64,000 bases of DNA from Paraphysomonas bandaiensis (GCA_965644295.1 CBFFRP010000138.1:124001-188000); one strand, 5' to 3'; positions 30,143-44,720 are shown, counted from the first letter of the stretch. Program-made: numbers and translations. The notes: generated from the sequence alone by a model not told the origin.

Positions 30143-30410
30143 ATGTATGTATGTATGTATGTATGTATGTATGTATGTATGTATGTATGTATGTATGTAT
30201 GTATGTATGTATGTATGTATGTATGTATGTATGTATGTATGTATGTATGTATGTATGTATGTATGTATGTATGTATGTATGTATGTATGTATGTATGTAT
30301 GTATGTATGTATGTATGTATGTATGTATGTATGTATGTATGTATGTATGTATGTATGTATGTATGTATGTATGTATGTATGTATGTATGTATGTATGTAT
30401 GTGTATGTAT
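30143..30410. repeat. (TATG)n microsatellite
   Basis: Direct reading. Confidence 0.98.
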
Positions 30411-30589
30411 TCTAGTGTAGTATAGTTGTATGTGTATGTATTCTAGTGTATAGTAGTATGTGTGGTACTGTATGTGAGCTGGTGTGTACACTGGCCGTGC
30501 GGGTATTGAGATGGCCATCACCAAGCAAGCAATACTTCCAATGCACACTACCTACCCATAAACCTGATCTACACATATCTCACCATCAA

Positions 30590-31234
30590 ATGGTCCGATC
30601 TGCTGAAGCACTAGCACGTCGTGCTGCAAAGCGCAATATATCAATCGATGAAATGAAGGCTATAGACCGCAATAGACATAAAGCAGAGTCTAGTGCAATG
30701 CAATGCAAAGATAAACAAATACAACCCAAACAAACAAAATGGAAATGCTCAAAATGCAATAATGAGAATATTATTAGTTTATCTCCCACTGTATGCAATC
30801 GATGTCAGAGACTGAGGAGTGAGGTGGATGATAGTATGAAACAGTCCGCTATCACTCCGAATGCTGAAGAAGACACTAAGAAATTAAAAAAGAAGAAAGA
30901 TAACGATAAAAAAAAGAAACGAGAACGTTCTGATGATTCAAAGGACGGGAGTAGCGAAAGCAAGAAACCCAAAAAGACTAAAACGTAGAAGTCGAGTGCA
31001 GGCTCTGACACAACAAAACCTGGTGGGTGGGGTATCCAGCAAGCAGGAGAAGAGGACATAGCTCGCAATCAACGTCTTCGTGAGGCGTACTTAGACGAAT
31101 CAAAAAGAGATTCTCTTACTGCAGAGGAGTTGGAGAGGGCAAAGATATTAGTTGAGCGAAGTAATAGGAAGAAACAACGCAAAGCAGCTAAGGTAGTGAT
31201 GCGGCGAAAGTACAAAAATAATCAAGGAAAATAA
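30590..31234 (+). CDS. RanBP2-type Zn-finger, Lys-rich protein interrupted by an in-frame TAG at 30986-30988
   Basis: WKCSKCNNEN...CNRC. The frame stays open for 81 protein-like codons after the TAG, to TAA at 31232-31234. Confidence 0.7.
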
Positions 31235-31633
31235 CAGTTATAGTAATGTCGATGTATGATTAGTTGTTTAGAATTTTAATTAAATACGTTTTCTACTTCC
31301 CCACCCTGTAGATTTCAGCCCAGCATAGGACTCAAATTACTGAGTGTAGAAGTATATATGTATTATGTATATATTCATTAGCCACAGGTCTTCACTAGCT
31401 AGAATTGTGGAGTCAGAGGCTACGTTCAATGTTTAGTACGCTACCCACTCATTATCTGCACCATATCAGGTGGCATGTCAACCTGAATATAGCAGTTAAC
31501 GAAAAAGATTATGAGACCAACTATCAGGTTAAGGGTTGTGTTCTTCAAGATATTACATAACAGATTAATGCTTTCATTCAGTATATCGAAATTATTATTA
31601 TAGTAGTCACTCACAATCAACATCAACGCAAAA

Positions 31634-32883
31634 CTAAAATCCTAGTATATTATTCGGGCTCTTCTTCACCGTCGTTTTAGCGCCCGCTTTCTTGGATTTC
31701 TCGATGCTATGCTCTATTGGAGGAACTAACGATGCGATCTCCCGCTGGAGCTCAACTATCCCTTTATTTCGCAACCCCGATACCATTACCACTGGCAACA
31801 TCCCACCAGTCATTGGCAAGCAATCCGTGAGATCTTTTCTAACTAACTGTATCCGCCTCGCAAGAACTTGTCTCTCCACCAAGTCACATTTGGTCAGCAC
31901 AACCTGTATTTTCCAATTCATGCGATGAAGTTCTTCAGATTCAGATTTCGTTGGGGCACCGTAATCATCACTATACTTTGCCTCCTGAGCTTCGAGCTGT
32001 TCGCGGGACTGATTCTGGTCATCATATGTACCACTAATAAGATCTCTAAGGCAACGGATGTCGGCATACTTGAAGCCATGTCTGGCATCTAGCACCAACA
32101 GCACTCTCTTCAGGTACTTGCCCCTCTCACGTAAATATTTCGAACTCTACAAGGAAAGATATCAACACTAAACATAAGGAAAGATAAAGATATCACATGT
32201 ATTAATATAAGCATGGAGGGATACTTTTCCGCTCATTAACAGGCAATCATCAATACATACCAGTCGAAAACAACGCTCAGAATCCTGTTTGTTCATAAAA
32301 GCGAACCCATACCCCGGCATATCAACAACTACTAGTCGAGGATTACGAGTAGCAATATCCTTTCCCAAGGAAAAGAACTGAAGTTGCCTGGTTTGACCAG
32401 GCTTATTAGACACGGCAGCCTTTTGTACATGAGATGGGGTATACCCTACACATATATCTAAAACACATGCAACACTAGAGATTACATGAATATACCTAGT
32501 AAGGCATTTAAAAGAGTTGATTTCCCTACATTCGAGCGACCAATTAAAGCTACCTCTGTGGCTTCACCAAAGCTCGGCATTTCTTGCCATGTACGTGCGG
32601 AGGTTATCATCGTAACCTTCTTAGGGCCCCTGTTAAAAGGATAAGGTGCAGCAACTGATGCTGTAGATTGAAGTTTAATAGAAGGAATTACTCCTGGAAG
32701 CTCTGTGGAGTATTTTTTTGCAATAGCTGTACGAGTTTTTCCTTTACTTACATAGCCTAAGCCCATATGATCCAAATGTTGCAAGATTTTCTTATCAGGA
32801 GGGATGTTCATGAATGCCTGTCGTTTGCTCATGATGGCTTTAGTTTCTGAGGTGCAGAATTGACGGAATGGTATTGTGTGCAT
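31634..32883 (-). CDS. engB: EngB/YihA/YsxC-family GTPase, probably organelle-targeted (3 exons)
   Basis: GRSNVGKSTLLNAL, SNKPGQTR, DMPGYG, LDARHG, TKCD. Confidence 0.92.
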
Positions 32884-34504
32884 GGTGTATAGAGTTTATA
32901 GTGAGTAGTATGTTTGTATGGAATATATATGGAACATAGAGTGCTCTGTACTGCTGCATATACAATACTGCTGGATAGTGGTGTGTGTGTGGATGTACTG
33001 GGAACCATTGTTATATGTACTCCACTACTGTACTTATGTACATGAATACAGACATAGTGGTAATACACAGCAGTACATATTGATGTACTGCTGGAAATTA
33101 CCCCTCTGCAGTACGTAGTACGTGCGTAGTGTGTCACTGTGTGTATATGTACTCCTCTACTACATCATCTATACACACGTACAAATCAGTTGACGCACGT
33201 CTATCCATGCATATATACATATACGAACAAGCAACAAGATGATAGTTAAGATCCACATCCTCTAATAGATGACTGCATATACACACCTCAAACTCAAAAG
33301 ATTCTAGTTCTCAATCCCTGTCGTTAGACTATATATTCATAGTTACACAAGTATACGAATGCAACATAAGTTCAGTATATATATTTCTGTTAAAGAGATA
33401 TCAGTACTAGTAGCATTGAGTCCAGTCCTCACAAGCACTTCCCTGCATGTATATATGCCATGCAACCAATGTATGAGTAGAAGATGTATACATGGTAATA
33501 CCTGACGGTTGGTTCATCAACAGTCTTGTATCATCAACCTAATAACTCTCGTTGAGTGCTATGTGGATGCTAAATCATATGCTCCTGCTTACGTATAACA
33601 GCCCGTCGCTTCGGAATATATATGTATTGAGCCTACATGCATATGTGACAGATCCTTAAGGAAGTGGAGTTGGACCGACGTTATATCTTATATAATGTAC
33701 GACATGCGTATCATTTCAGCTGTTATCTACCTAGCAAGAATTGCATGCATTGGTATTCGCGAAGTCCAATGAATAACAGCGCTACAGTCACACTAGGTAG
33801 TATTACATCGTTAAAACCTCAATGTCTTGATATTACATATTCTTAATGGTAATTACAATCTAGACAGAGCTGTTAGTATGCAATTATACACACATATATG
33901 AAGCATGTAAGCATGTTGTCTGTGATAATGAAAACGAAATGTATGAGACATATAGGAACTTACCAAATTATCAGAAATAAGTAGTCACTTGTATTAAGAA
34001 CTGCGCATTATGAGTATAACTTCGATGTGCTACAGAAGGAAAAGCTGGTGCGTGTTCTTGTAGTACAGATTATTGATATGAGTCACAGTAGAAAAACAGT
34101 CCCCTGACGCTTTAAGGACAATATTGACATCACCTACAGCTGTGATGCCATTGTCCTAGAATATGTAGCTTAATTCCTGTCAAAACTTCAAATAAAATTT
34201 GAATCATTTATTAGAATGACCAGTCCATACATTGTGTCGAGGTACTTCAACTCATAGATGTACGCTTAATAATGAACACGGGCCATCGGGCTATTGCAAT
34301 GTAGGGGCTTACTCTCCAGTAATCTTTCCATGTTCGCTTAGTAGTTTGGGCAGCTCTTCCATTATGGATTATGGATTGCCAACACTAATGAAGACTACAA
34401 AAAACATACACTATACATACCCATACTATTAAAAGCTACTTTGCTCTACTTAACAAATATTCACCATGATTGCTAATAACGACGACTTTTCACATGTTAC
34501 ACTC

Positions 34505-36116
34505 TTAGTCCTCTTGGGTTTGTGTGAGGCCTCGTTCATCTTCAAGAAAGCGCACTCTATTAGACAACAAATATATGGCAGCTTCATATTCGCCTCGAAT
34601 CCTCTACATAAGCCGCGTTAGATTAATCGAAACAATAGTATTCTAATGCAACAGGAGCAAGGTATCACAGTGTTGCAGTATACTGAATGCACTACATGTT
34701 GCAACAATGACCTTTTCCAAGTCATGCATAAGCATTTCAACTTCGGCTCTCGTAATATACTCTCCTTTAACTGACTGATTCTGGGCCGATTCTTCCCTTT
34801 CGGTGCTAACTTGTTGCGGAGGTTCACGTCGATGTCGATGGTGCGGGAGGTTGTTTTCAGCGTGAGGAATGTGGACATGATGTTCATAATGGGAGTCGTG
34901 ATGACTGTCTGAGCGGTTGTCTCGATGATCTTCCACGTCAGGCATATGTTGAGTATTCTGCCATGCACTAACTTGTTCAGTCCAGTACCTTCTATTTGTA
35001 GTGCTAAAAGAGCGTGTCTTTGACTCAATATGGTGAGCATCGATATCATTTGGCTCAACAGAAAGACTTTCTAACCCAGGCTCATCCTCCGAATATTGAA
35101 TTTTGTCGGGATGGTCTTCCATCATGTTACTATCTACTATTGGTTCTTCGTAGTACTTTCCTGTGTGAATATGGTTTTTCGCATCGCTGGATGGATCATT
35201 AAAGTCGCTTAAGGTCTCATTACTATACACCGTTTCATTAACATGTAACTCTCTCTCTGAGTTGGAGTGATGGCTGCGGCTCCTATATTGCTCTTCATGT
35301 TGAGCTGGGTCAGACATATTCATTTCTCCCGAGTCGTATTCATCCTCAGACATCTCTCTCTCGTATACTTGTTCAGATTGCTTTACACGCTTCTCTGTGC
35401 CTCTTTTACTTGAATATGGAGTGTCTAATCTGAGACCGCCTGCAGCTAAGTACGTGTGAACATGACCAGCGGCTGCACTGATGAGCAAGAGCTTATGCTC
35501 TCCAAACCCCTGTGATATACATTAAGATGTGCATCAAAAGTGCGAAGCATCCATATAAATGTCATTATTACAGTGGGTACATTCGAACGCCTCTGTCATA
35601 CTACTCAAGCTACATATTGTGCACTAAACAAGTTACACTCACCTTCATATGGTACTGAGCAATCGTAATAACTGGAAAATATTTACTCTGCTCTCTTAGA
35701 TATCTACAATATACATATATATTATGAAACGCACTCATACAATACATATACACTATACATAATAATATGTACCATATACACACATACTTATATATACACA
35801 TACACTCATATATATATACACACATACTTATATATATACATATGCACATCTATATGAGTATCGTATACCTGAATACCGTATTAATAAACTTCTTATCAGA
35901 AGCCAACTGACCATATCCCCTCGATATCATCTGCTCGGCAACCTCAACTGATATCCCCAATAAGATAACTCTAAGTAATCTCGTACATTCAGAGGGATCA
36001 CCAGCCTTTAGTTTAGTTGATATGAAATGCTTTAATTGAACGCCTATACGACGAAGAGAGACAGAGAATACTTTCCATGTGTTACGCATGTCTCCGACAT
36101 GATGGGTGGAGGACAT
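34505..36116 (-). CDS. CEP44: Centrosomal protein CEP44-like (4 exons)
   Basis: LKAGDP...ILLG.S.EVAE...DKKFINTVFRYLREQSKYFPVITIAQY..KGFGEHK matches the CEP44 domain pattern. C-terminus LSNRVRFLE. Confidence 0.75.
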
Positions 36117-36180
36117 GGTTAGTAATGAGTAGAGATGTGGAGGTAAAGGAGATCTGGATCTATCCATATATAACCTGATT

Positions 36181-36617
36181 GCATGTATGTATGTATGTAT
36201 GTATGTATGTATGTATGTATGTATGTATGTATGTATGTATGTATGTATGTATGTATGTATGTATGTATGTATGTATGTATGTATGTATGTATGTATGTAT
36301 GTATGTATGTATGTATGTATGTATGTATGTATGTATGTATGTATGTATGTATGTATGTATGTATGTATGTATGTATGTATGTATGTATGTATGTATGTAT
36401 GTATGTATGTATGTATGTATGTATGTATGTATGTATGTATGTATGTATGTATGTATGTATGTATGTATGTATGTATGTATGTATGTATGTATGTATGAAT
36501 GTATGTATGTATGTATGTATGTATGTATGTATGTATGTATGTATGTATGTATGTATGTATGTATGTATGTATGTATGTATGTATGTATGTATCTATGTAT
36601 GTATGTATGTATCTATG
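36181..36617. repeat. (TATG)n microsatellite
   Basis: Direct reading. Confidence 0.98.
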
Positions 36618-36867
36618 TACTGCTATACAGCAGTACTATCGAATAAATCATAGATTTTTCGGACAAATTACCTCAAAATTACCCATTTCTCGATTCTACT
36701 TCACGTAGCCCAATCAACTGTGTACATACACACACACTGTACTGTACATATGACGGTATGGTAATCTTAAAGCCTATCAGTTACGATCCATATCACATGA
36801 AACTCTTCATCATTTCCCATAACAATTATATCATTTTATCACCCAATTAAAACCTTCTTATATCACA

Positions 36868-39800
36868 ATGTCAAGACAAGGAAAGAAGCCTAAGAAAGTC
36901 CAGGATAATAGAGTATATGCAGAGAAGGTCTACTACTCACAGAGACACAGACAATGGCCTAGATATGAAGTAAGTAAGCCAAGACAACCTAAACTATCTG
37001 ATGGAAAAGAGAAATGGTTGGAAACAAAGTTTCAACCAAGAACATTAAAGTCGTTTGTTGGGAAACATAATAACGAGGTACGTATATATATATGAGTATA
37101 TGAGGACTGTGTATGTATATATATGAGCCTATGAGGTACGTATATATATATGAGTATATGAGGACTGTGTATGTATATATATGAGCCTATGAGGTACGTA
37201 TATATATATGAGTATATGAGGACTGTGTATGTATATATATGAGCCTATGAGGTACGTATATATATATGAGTATATGAGGACTGTGTATGTATATATATGA
37301 GCCTATGAGGTACGTATATATATATGAGTATATGAGGACTGTGTATGTATATATATGAGCCTATGAGGTACGTATATATATATGAGTATATGAGGACTGT
37401 GTATGTATATATATGAGCCTATGAGGTACGTATATATATATGAGTATATGAGGACTGTGTATGTATATATATGAGCCTATGAGGTACGTATATATATATG
37501 AGTATATGAGGACTGTGTATGTATATATATGAGCCTATGAGGTACGTATATATATATGAGTATATGAGGACTGTGTATGTATATATATGAGCCTATGAGG
37601 TACGTATATATATATGAGTATATGAGGACTGTGTATGTATATATATGAGCCTATGAGGTACGTATATATATATGAGTATATGAGGACTGTGTATGTATAT
37701 ATATGAGCCTATGAGGTACGTATATATATATGAGTATATGAGGACTGTGTATGTATATATATGAGTATATGAGGTACGTATATCTATATGAGTATATGAG
37801 GACTGTGTATGTATATATATGAGCCTATGAGGTACGTATATCTATATATGAGTATATGAGGACTGTGTATGTATATATATGAGCCTATGAGGTACGTATA
37901 TATATATGAGTATATGAGGACTGTGTATGTATATATGGGCCTATGAGGTACGTATGTATATATATGAGTGTGTGAGGTATATATATGTATGTATATATGA
38001 GCCTATATGAGGTACTGTATGTATATATATGAGTATATGAGGTATATATATGTATGTATATATGAGCCTATGAGGACTGTGTATGTATATATATGAGTAT
38101 ATGAGGTACTGTATGTATATATGTGAGTATATGAGGTGTGCATATATATTTTTATATGCGTGTCGATATGTATATTTATGTCCACTTTGTAGGGGTTTTT
38201 ACAAAATCCCAGTCACTAGATGTCTATCTTTATGAGTTATCGTGCTCTGTTTTTATCTTGTTGGATGCTATGTTGTGGTGCATACATGAGTTTATTTTGA
38301 CTACTACTGCTTGTTCTGTCGACTGACTAATAAACTGAATGTGTAGATCCAAGACTCGCTGACTCACATGAGAGATAGCTTTGAACTTTCGGGGTCGTTT
38401 CCTCATCTGTTTGTGGTTTATGGACCGCCAGGAAGTGGTAAAAGTGCCCTAGTAAGGGTGTTGTTGAGAGAGATGTATGAGTCAGCTGGTATAGAGGAAG
38501 AGAAAGTTGGCAAGTGGATATGGATCGTAAGTATATGCACGTGGTCTACAATGTATTTACTATTTAAGTGTGTATAATATTATCCGTGGTATATTATATA
38601 TGAATATTGGTTTTGCTATGCCTGTCATGTAGAGGTCGTGCACAATTTATTTTGTATACATCATCGTCTGCATAGTACATTAAGTTTGTGTTGATCAATG
38701 CTGTGTCACGTATAGGTCGACTGCGAGAGTATGGATATCAGTAAACATTTCAATAAATTTTACGCATTTGGTAATGCCAATATCGATCGGTCGATACCTG
38801 TCGCCTACAAGATTATTGTCCTTGATGGTGCTGACAATATCCCACCTTCGACACAACAGATACTAAAGAAAGTTATAGTCGAGCAGGTGAATCTTAGTTG
38901 CGTATACGTTGGATATCGATGTACCGTAACACATTTTGATCCTTCAGGAGAACAAGGTCAAATATATATGCATATGCCGGGATCAGAACAAGCTGATCGC
39001 TCATATATTGTCGAGAGGAATGCATTATAGGACCAAACTCATGAATGAACGAGATGCTGTCGGTCAGTTGTGTATAACTATGTGCATGCCGTTGTTTGTG
39101 GTTCCCATGTCTCTTGATTGTGGTTTTTCTACGTTGTATAACTTTATTCACAGCCCTTGTTATCCAAACTCTCTGTCGTGAGAATATTGGGTATAACCGT
39201 CATGGCATTCGAGAGTTGTTCACTCTTGTGCCCAAGGTTATCACCACTTTTAAGTTCGTGTCTTTTTTTATATATAATGTGACAGGTTGACTTGAGGATG
39301 ATAATTGAAACGTGCCAAGAAATTTTTGTACGATATCATTACATTAGTATGGAGAATGTTCGAAGACTGTTTGCCGAACGAGATAAAAAAACGATTCGCA
39401 TAGAAATCACGAAACAAGCTGCAATAGAGCCACTACCAAGATGTAGTGTGTGCACGTTATTGTAAGTAAATGGAATATAGAGTGCATGGTTGGGTCAATG
39501 TCTATAATAGCGTCATATGTTATCTGTACAGTGAATTGTATAGTAAATAGCGGACCACGTATAGCGCGTTGCATGTAATGTCGTGTATATGCTATATTGT
39601 GCAGCTATACTACTTTATTGATATCAAAAAATTTGCATTGCGCTGAATACTTGCTGATACATGCACATAGTCCACCTTGCAAACATCACACCATCGAATC
39701 TCTAGAATCTCGTGGCATATCACGACGTTCAGAGCTCCCACGTCAACGAAATGGGCTCGCTTGTCAGGAATTCGTCTCCACAGGCCATTGCTCAATATTT

Positions 39801-40408
39801 AATAAGCATGGAAAATGCAGCTTAGATCATCCGATGACTGTGCATACTATAACTTCGGCTCCGAAGAGATGCCCACAATGCACACTTATTTGGCCATGCA
39901 ATCACTGCTCCTTTACTTATAGTAGAAGAGAACTTGAAGATGGAATCGCGTACGTTACCAAGAGACTGGCTCTCTTGGACCAGATAGCAGTAGAAGCACC
40001 ACCATTGGCTCTCACCGCACATTTGGTATGTATTTTTATTTTCTGATATATTTCTTATGTGCTACATTGATTGCGATACCATACACTGCTATTTTCATCT
40101 GACTGGTGTATTGAACCCTGGATAATATAACTCCTTCCCAGATCGAAGGATTTCCGAATTTCAAAGAGGATCTGCTCAAACTCAAAGCTGAAATTACTTT
40201 AGAGAAAATTAAAATGAAGTCTAGTGTCGAGAACTGGCTGGCGACCTCACTTTGTACAGAAGGGGAAGAATACATTACAAAACTCAGAGTATTGCAGGGG
40301 ACTTTTAAAAATGTTTTTGAAAGCCCACTGTTGGATCCTCCGGATCAGATGCGTTCCAAGGGTTTGCTCGATGAGGTTGAAGATGATAATATCATCACGG
40401 AGTGGTGA
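36868..40408 (+). CDS. RFC small subunit-like AAA+ protein with C-terminal Cys/His Zn-finger extension (multi-exon)
   Basis: WLETKFQPRTLKSFVG, PHLFVVYGPPGSGKS, KIIVLDGADNI. C-terminal CSVCTL, CQEFVSTGHC...CSLDH, CPQCTLIWPCNHC. Confidence 0.78.
37075..38140. repeat. 58-bp minisatellite (about 16 units, then degenerate) in intron 1 of the RFC-like gene
   Basis: Unit GAGGTACGTATATATATATGAGTATATGAGGACTGTGTATGTATATATATGAGCCTAT at 37075, 37133, 37191 and onward. Confidence 0.95.
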
Positions 40409-41039
40409 TATTTGAGCCCATACCTTCTCATGAATATATGTATGTATGAATGTTAGTAGCACTATCTTTTGTTATTAAACACACTACACGTTTAGTGTAT
40501 ATAAGGAAATATATTAGACGTTGGCTCCTCTCGGAATACAACATCAATATTTAGCTGTGATGTGATGTCAGTTATCGATATTTCTTTTAGTCGTAGTCAC
40601 AGGCTTGCGTAAAAATGAATTGGCAGTTAATTGGTGAGAGGTATCAAACAATAATAATTGCAATTAATTGCCTTCAATAAAGTGCTTTTCAATTACCTTT
40701 ATGAACTAAAATCTCATTCCAAAGAATAAACATTAGACTTACTAGGATGGGTAAAGTTTAATATCTGAACGATAAGCTCACAGAGTAATTAATTATAGAA
40801 ATAATTATCAACATGTCACATAATTAATTGTCGATGTTCTCTAAAATACCAAACAATATTATCATATCTTAGGTAGCCACACTCTTAAACAGCAAAAATA
40901 TACATACATTTTGATTTCACTACTATTATACCTATTCTATCAATATTATTTCATGTAATACTGTTATCCACACCTGTACTCTTCAAGTAACGGTGAAAAT
41001 TCAAATACCTCAGCAGCTTATTAGCAGTGAATGTCTTAA

Positions 41040-41375
41040 CAGAGTCGGACTGGCACCATTTCGTGGTATTCTGGGTTCTGGAAGATAAGTACCAGAGATA
41101 TTTCTACGGGAAACTAACGTGAGTCGCATATATAGTCAGCAGATATTATTTTGCCCGCTCATAGCCTAATGCTTGTGTCACTTGTGTAGACGTTTCTGGG
41201 CCTTGACGGGAATGGGCCCAACTCAAGGGCATCCGGGGTATTGGGCTGCCTGCTGAAGTCAAGCATCCGGGTTAGTTCACCTTAAGGACAGAGAACGAAT
41301 GTGGTTGCACCTTGGTGCTTGCGGTGATGCACAAGCGCCAATAGTAGGATATCAGATTTAAGCACTAGTTAAAGT
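41040..41375 (+). repeat. Dispersed repeat homologous to about 13415-13770
   Basis: Shared blocks GGGAAACTAACGTGAG...GCAGATATT...GGGAATGGGCCCA...CTTAAGGACAGAGA...TGGTGCTTG...TTAAGCACTAGTTAA. Confidence 0.8.
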
Positions 41376-43883
41376 TGATGTGATGACCAAACCTGGTGAA
41401 ACGGCCTAAACCTGGTAAAATTTTAAAAATGTCGATTTCAGTTGTGTTTTTTTATGTGTTTTGCAATAAAAGTGATGTAGTAGGTGTAGGTGTAAAGAGA
41501 GCATGTTTTTCGAGACATTTAATAAATTTCATATTAGTTACAGGTCCAAAAAGTGAGAATGTAACGCTTAATGTAACGGTTACACATATATATAGAATAT
41601 TATATGCATACTATAGTACTATATATATATATAATATATATTACAAAGTGCTATGTATACTTACAAGCGATAATCAACTGAACTTCTGGTATGTTAAGTT
41701 GTTCAAACTCTTAATCATTCACTACAGGGGACTAAAAGACGTCTACACAAGTGACACTAATTACTGCCCCTTGTATTACACACAAGATTTTGGCTATGAG
41801 TGAGCAGAAATATTCTGATGACTGCAACTGAGGCTCACGTTGTTCTTATCCCCCATCACACCATGAAATGGTGCAAGTCCGACTTTATTGAAGGAAACAT
41901 CTTTTAGGAAAACAGCTTTAAAATACTTACAAACAGCAAAAAGCCTAATACAAAGATGCTAATTTTCACGGAGAAACATCAATGTTTCAAAAGGTATCTA
42001 GGTGTTTTTGCTTGCGAAATGCAGTCATAATAATCTTAGCACACTGCCAAACAATCTTTCACAAAAATTTGTAGATATATATAGCAATAATATAATATAT
42101 ATATACATATATATTATGTGTATATATATAGGTAGCTTGTTGATGCATGCTTCTTTCTGCGTTCGGTTCTCTTTAAGTAATAAACGAATCATGGTATCGG
42201 CTTCTTCTCACCATCCACTTTCATCATCGAAATCACCTGTGCTTTTTCAGCGTCATACAGTTCTTCTTTTCTCTACCACGTTGAGTCTTGACTACTCGAA
42301 ATATGTACTTTGAACAATGTCTGCGTCTGCACTCAAGTGGTACTGACGAATTTCACCCAGACATCATCCAGATCAAGCTGTTCTTATCAATATGGTCGCA
42401 AAAGTTTACAACGTAGAACCTTTATAAATGAGGAGGCCAAAGCACCCCTATCCTGGCATGATCTTGGGATTTAATCAACATCAGAATCACACCCATGCAA
42501 GGAGCAGACAGTTATGTATACCTCTGGTCCATATCGTGCAGTGAACTCCATTGATGTGCAATAAACGACTAATCCAAATGTTCTCGGTAACATTTTCTTT
42601 ATGATAATAGCGACCTCTTCGTCAATCTCCCTCATTTCATTGAGATTGTACCGGGTTCTGAATATATTTCCAAGTTAGAGGAAAAAGAAAGTCTGATTAT
42701 TACTTGTTGGCTCTTTACTAGTCTGATAGAATGAAGCTAATTTTTACCAGAGTATTGGTGCACGAATGACAATAATATTAGAGATGATGTTAATCTACAT
42801 CTACATCTACAAATAATTCTTTATTTCAGTGCTACTGTAGGTAACGAGCGAGATCACCCTAGCTATTAGCGCCCCGGAACTACTTGTGCATTGCTGCAAG
42901 CACCATGATGGTGCAACTGTTCCGGCTAATGCGCTTAGTCAGGGGGGCGACCTGTAGCTAACAGCTCTGTTGTGTTAGAGGTTGGGACTATGTGCGGCGA
43001 GGTCATGAGGCGAGACGGAATTGTGTTGTCAGGAGGAGAGGAGAGCGCTGTAGGTACTAGGGACCGTGTGAGGAATATGAGGAGTGTCTGTCTTTTGTGT
43101 GTGGTGGGAGTTCGTGGGGGTGGTGGCTTGGCTCGAGGACTTTGGGGGTGGAGGGGACCTGGAGGAGGTTAAGTATTGGCGGGTTGAGTGTGGTGGGCCT
43201 ATGATCATGTATGTTGGCTTGGTTCGGTAGTGTGCGTTGTCGTCTGTGTGCTGGGAGTAATGGCTTGGATATGCCGCCATCCTCTGTCCTTGAGCATTCC
43301 AAGTTGGAGGTAGATCATCTATAACCATACTACGACATATAGTTGTCTCAATAAAGGATACACAACTTTTATACACTATATATGATTATTTCAGAGCTTA
43401 TACTGTGTGTATCACGACGATCGTTATGGAGGTTGTCAGTTTGATTGATCTGTGCCAACGACCTTTAATAGGTTAAAGTGCATCCTAAGACTTCTATTGT
43501 GCTACAATTATGATTAATAATGATTAAGTGACTGTGCGCAGTTTCAAGTTCTTCTAAGCTAACAGAGAGAGGATTTGCAGCTATGAGCAGTAGCTTTAGA
43601 GCTAAGAATGTTACCTATATAATTAAGCCAGCCAATGAATTTCAACTGGCAACATTGAATAATTATTGCCTTCATCATTTTTTAAACCAATTAAATTAAT
43701 ATAAAACAATGAAAATGAAATTAATATTTTATTACATTTTTACTATGTAGATAACTGTAGATATGTGCTGAATAAGAAACTGAAGCAGGGAGCGACATGC
43801 AGGATGCTCCCATCTAGAGAGAAAAACTGGTACATTTATAGTACTGCAATTATTTATCATAGTTACATAATGTTTCTATCTCT

Positions 43884-44720
43884 CTACTTCATCAACACTT
43901 GCGATATTAGCTCACGTATCAGACCCCTCACAGTGATACTTGCATTCTCACAGTTTGTCATAGCCATTTGTAACTGATCCAAAGTAAAAATTCCAACCGA
44001 TTTAGATTGCGCAACGGACAATGACAACTCATCTTGGCCGCAAGGTGTACTCTTGGTGTTTATATATGTAAACGAGAATACGGCTTGGGACGACACTTCT
44101 TCTTCGCTGCAAGGATCCAGTAAAAAGTGGTGATCTGTTTTGCTCATAGCGCAACTCACAGAAACCTATAAACAGCTTCACAACTATACCAGTACATATA
44201 ACTTACTTCAATATACAAACATATACATATAGTGTATATCCACAAAAAAGAGCTATACAATATATACATACTCGAAACTACGTACCGGTAATTGTACCAT
44301 CGCTATTCCACTGTGCATCAATGCAAGAGAACATGCATTAATGCAAGCACTGACAACACACCCATCGTCCCGTATGACACATATTCTAATAACCACTAGT
44401 TTTCTTGGATATGCAGCTAATTTAATAGTAGCTGCAAATAAACTATGAAGAGTCTCACTTACATGTTTCTCCATTTGTATACGTTGATCACCACTTATTA
44501 ATCCGGAAGAACATGTTCTATAATCAATTTCTAATGATGCTTTATCATATTTCTCATGTCTTGTATATTTAGGAGGGGAAGGACCGTATATACTGACGAT
44601 TACACACGTTTTCCCATGATCGAGCTTCACACTCCCATCAGCCTCTGGTGATACATGAAATTCAGCTGTAAGAGGACGATGTGTATGAGATTGACGTAAA
44701 TCAGGACGAGGAGGATTCAT
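43884..44720 (-). CDS. RRP46: Exosome RNase PH-like subunit RRP46/EXOSC5 (2 exons)
   Basis: ADGSV...GKTCVIVSIYGP...YPR...IRDDG.VVSACINACSLALMHSGIAM. Confidence 0.85.

Noticed and set aside
30029-30548. MYVC/YIHT repeat ORFs (also 36179-36708 and 62512-63498)
   Set aside because: Translations of tetranucleotide microsatellites. Only the 3' end of 62512-63498 overlaps real NDUFA12 exons.
30986-30988. Alternative genetic code with TAG as sense
   Set aside because: Only one case. TAG appears to end RRP46, EngB and the NTPase ORFs, and the other long ORFs contain no in-frame TAG.
41900-43400. Protein-coding genes in this interval
   Set aside because: Short low-complexity ORFs with no recognisable motif, probably decayed mobile DNA.
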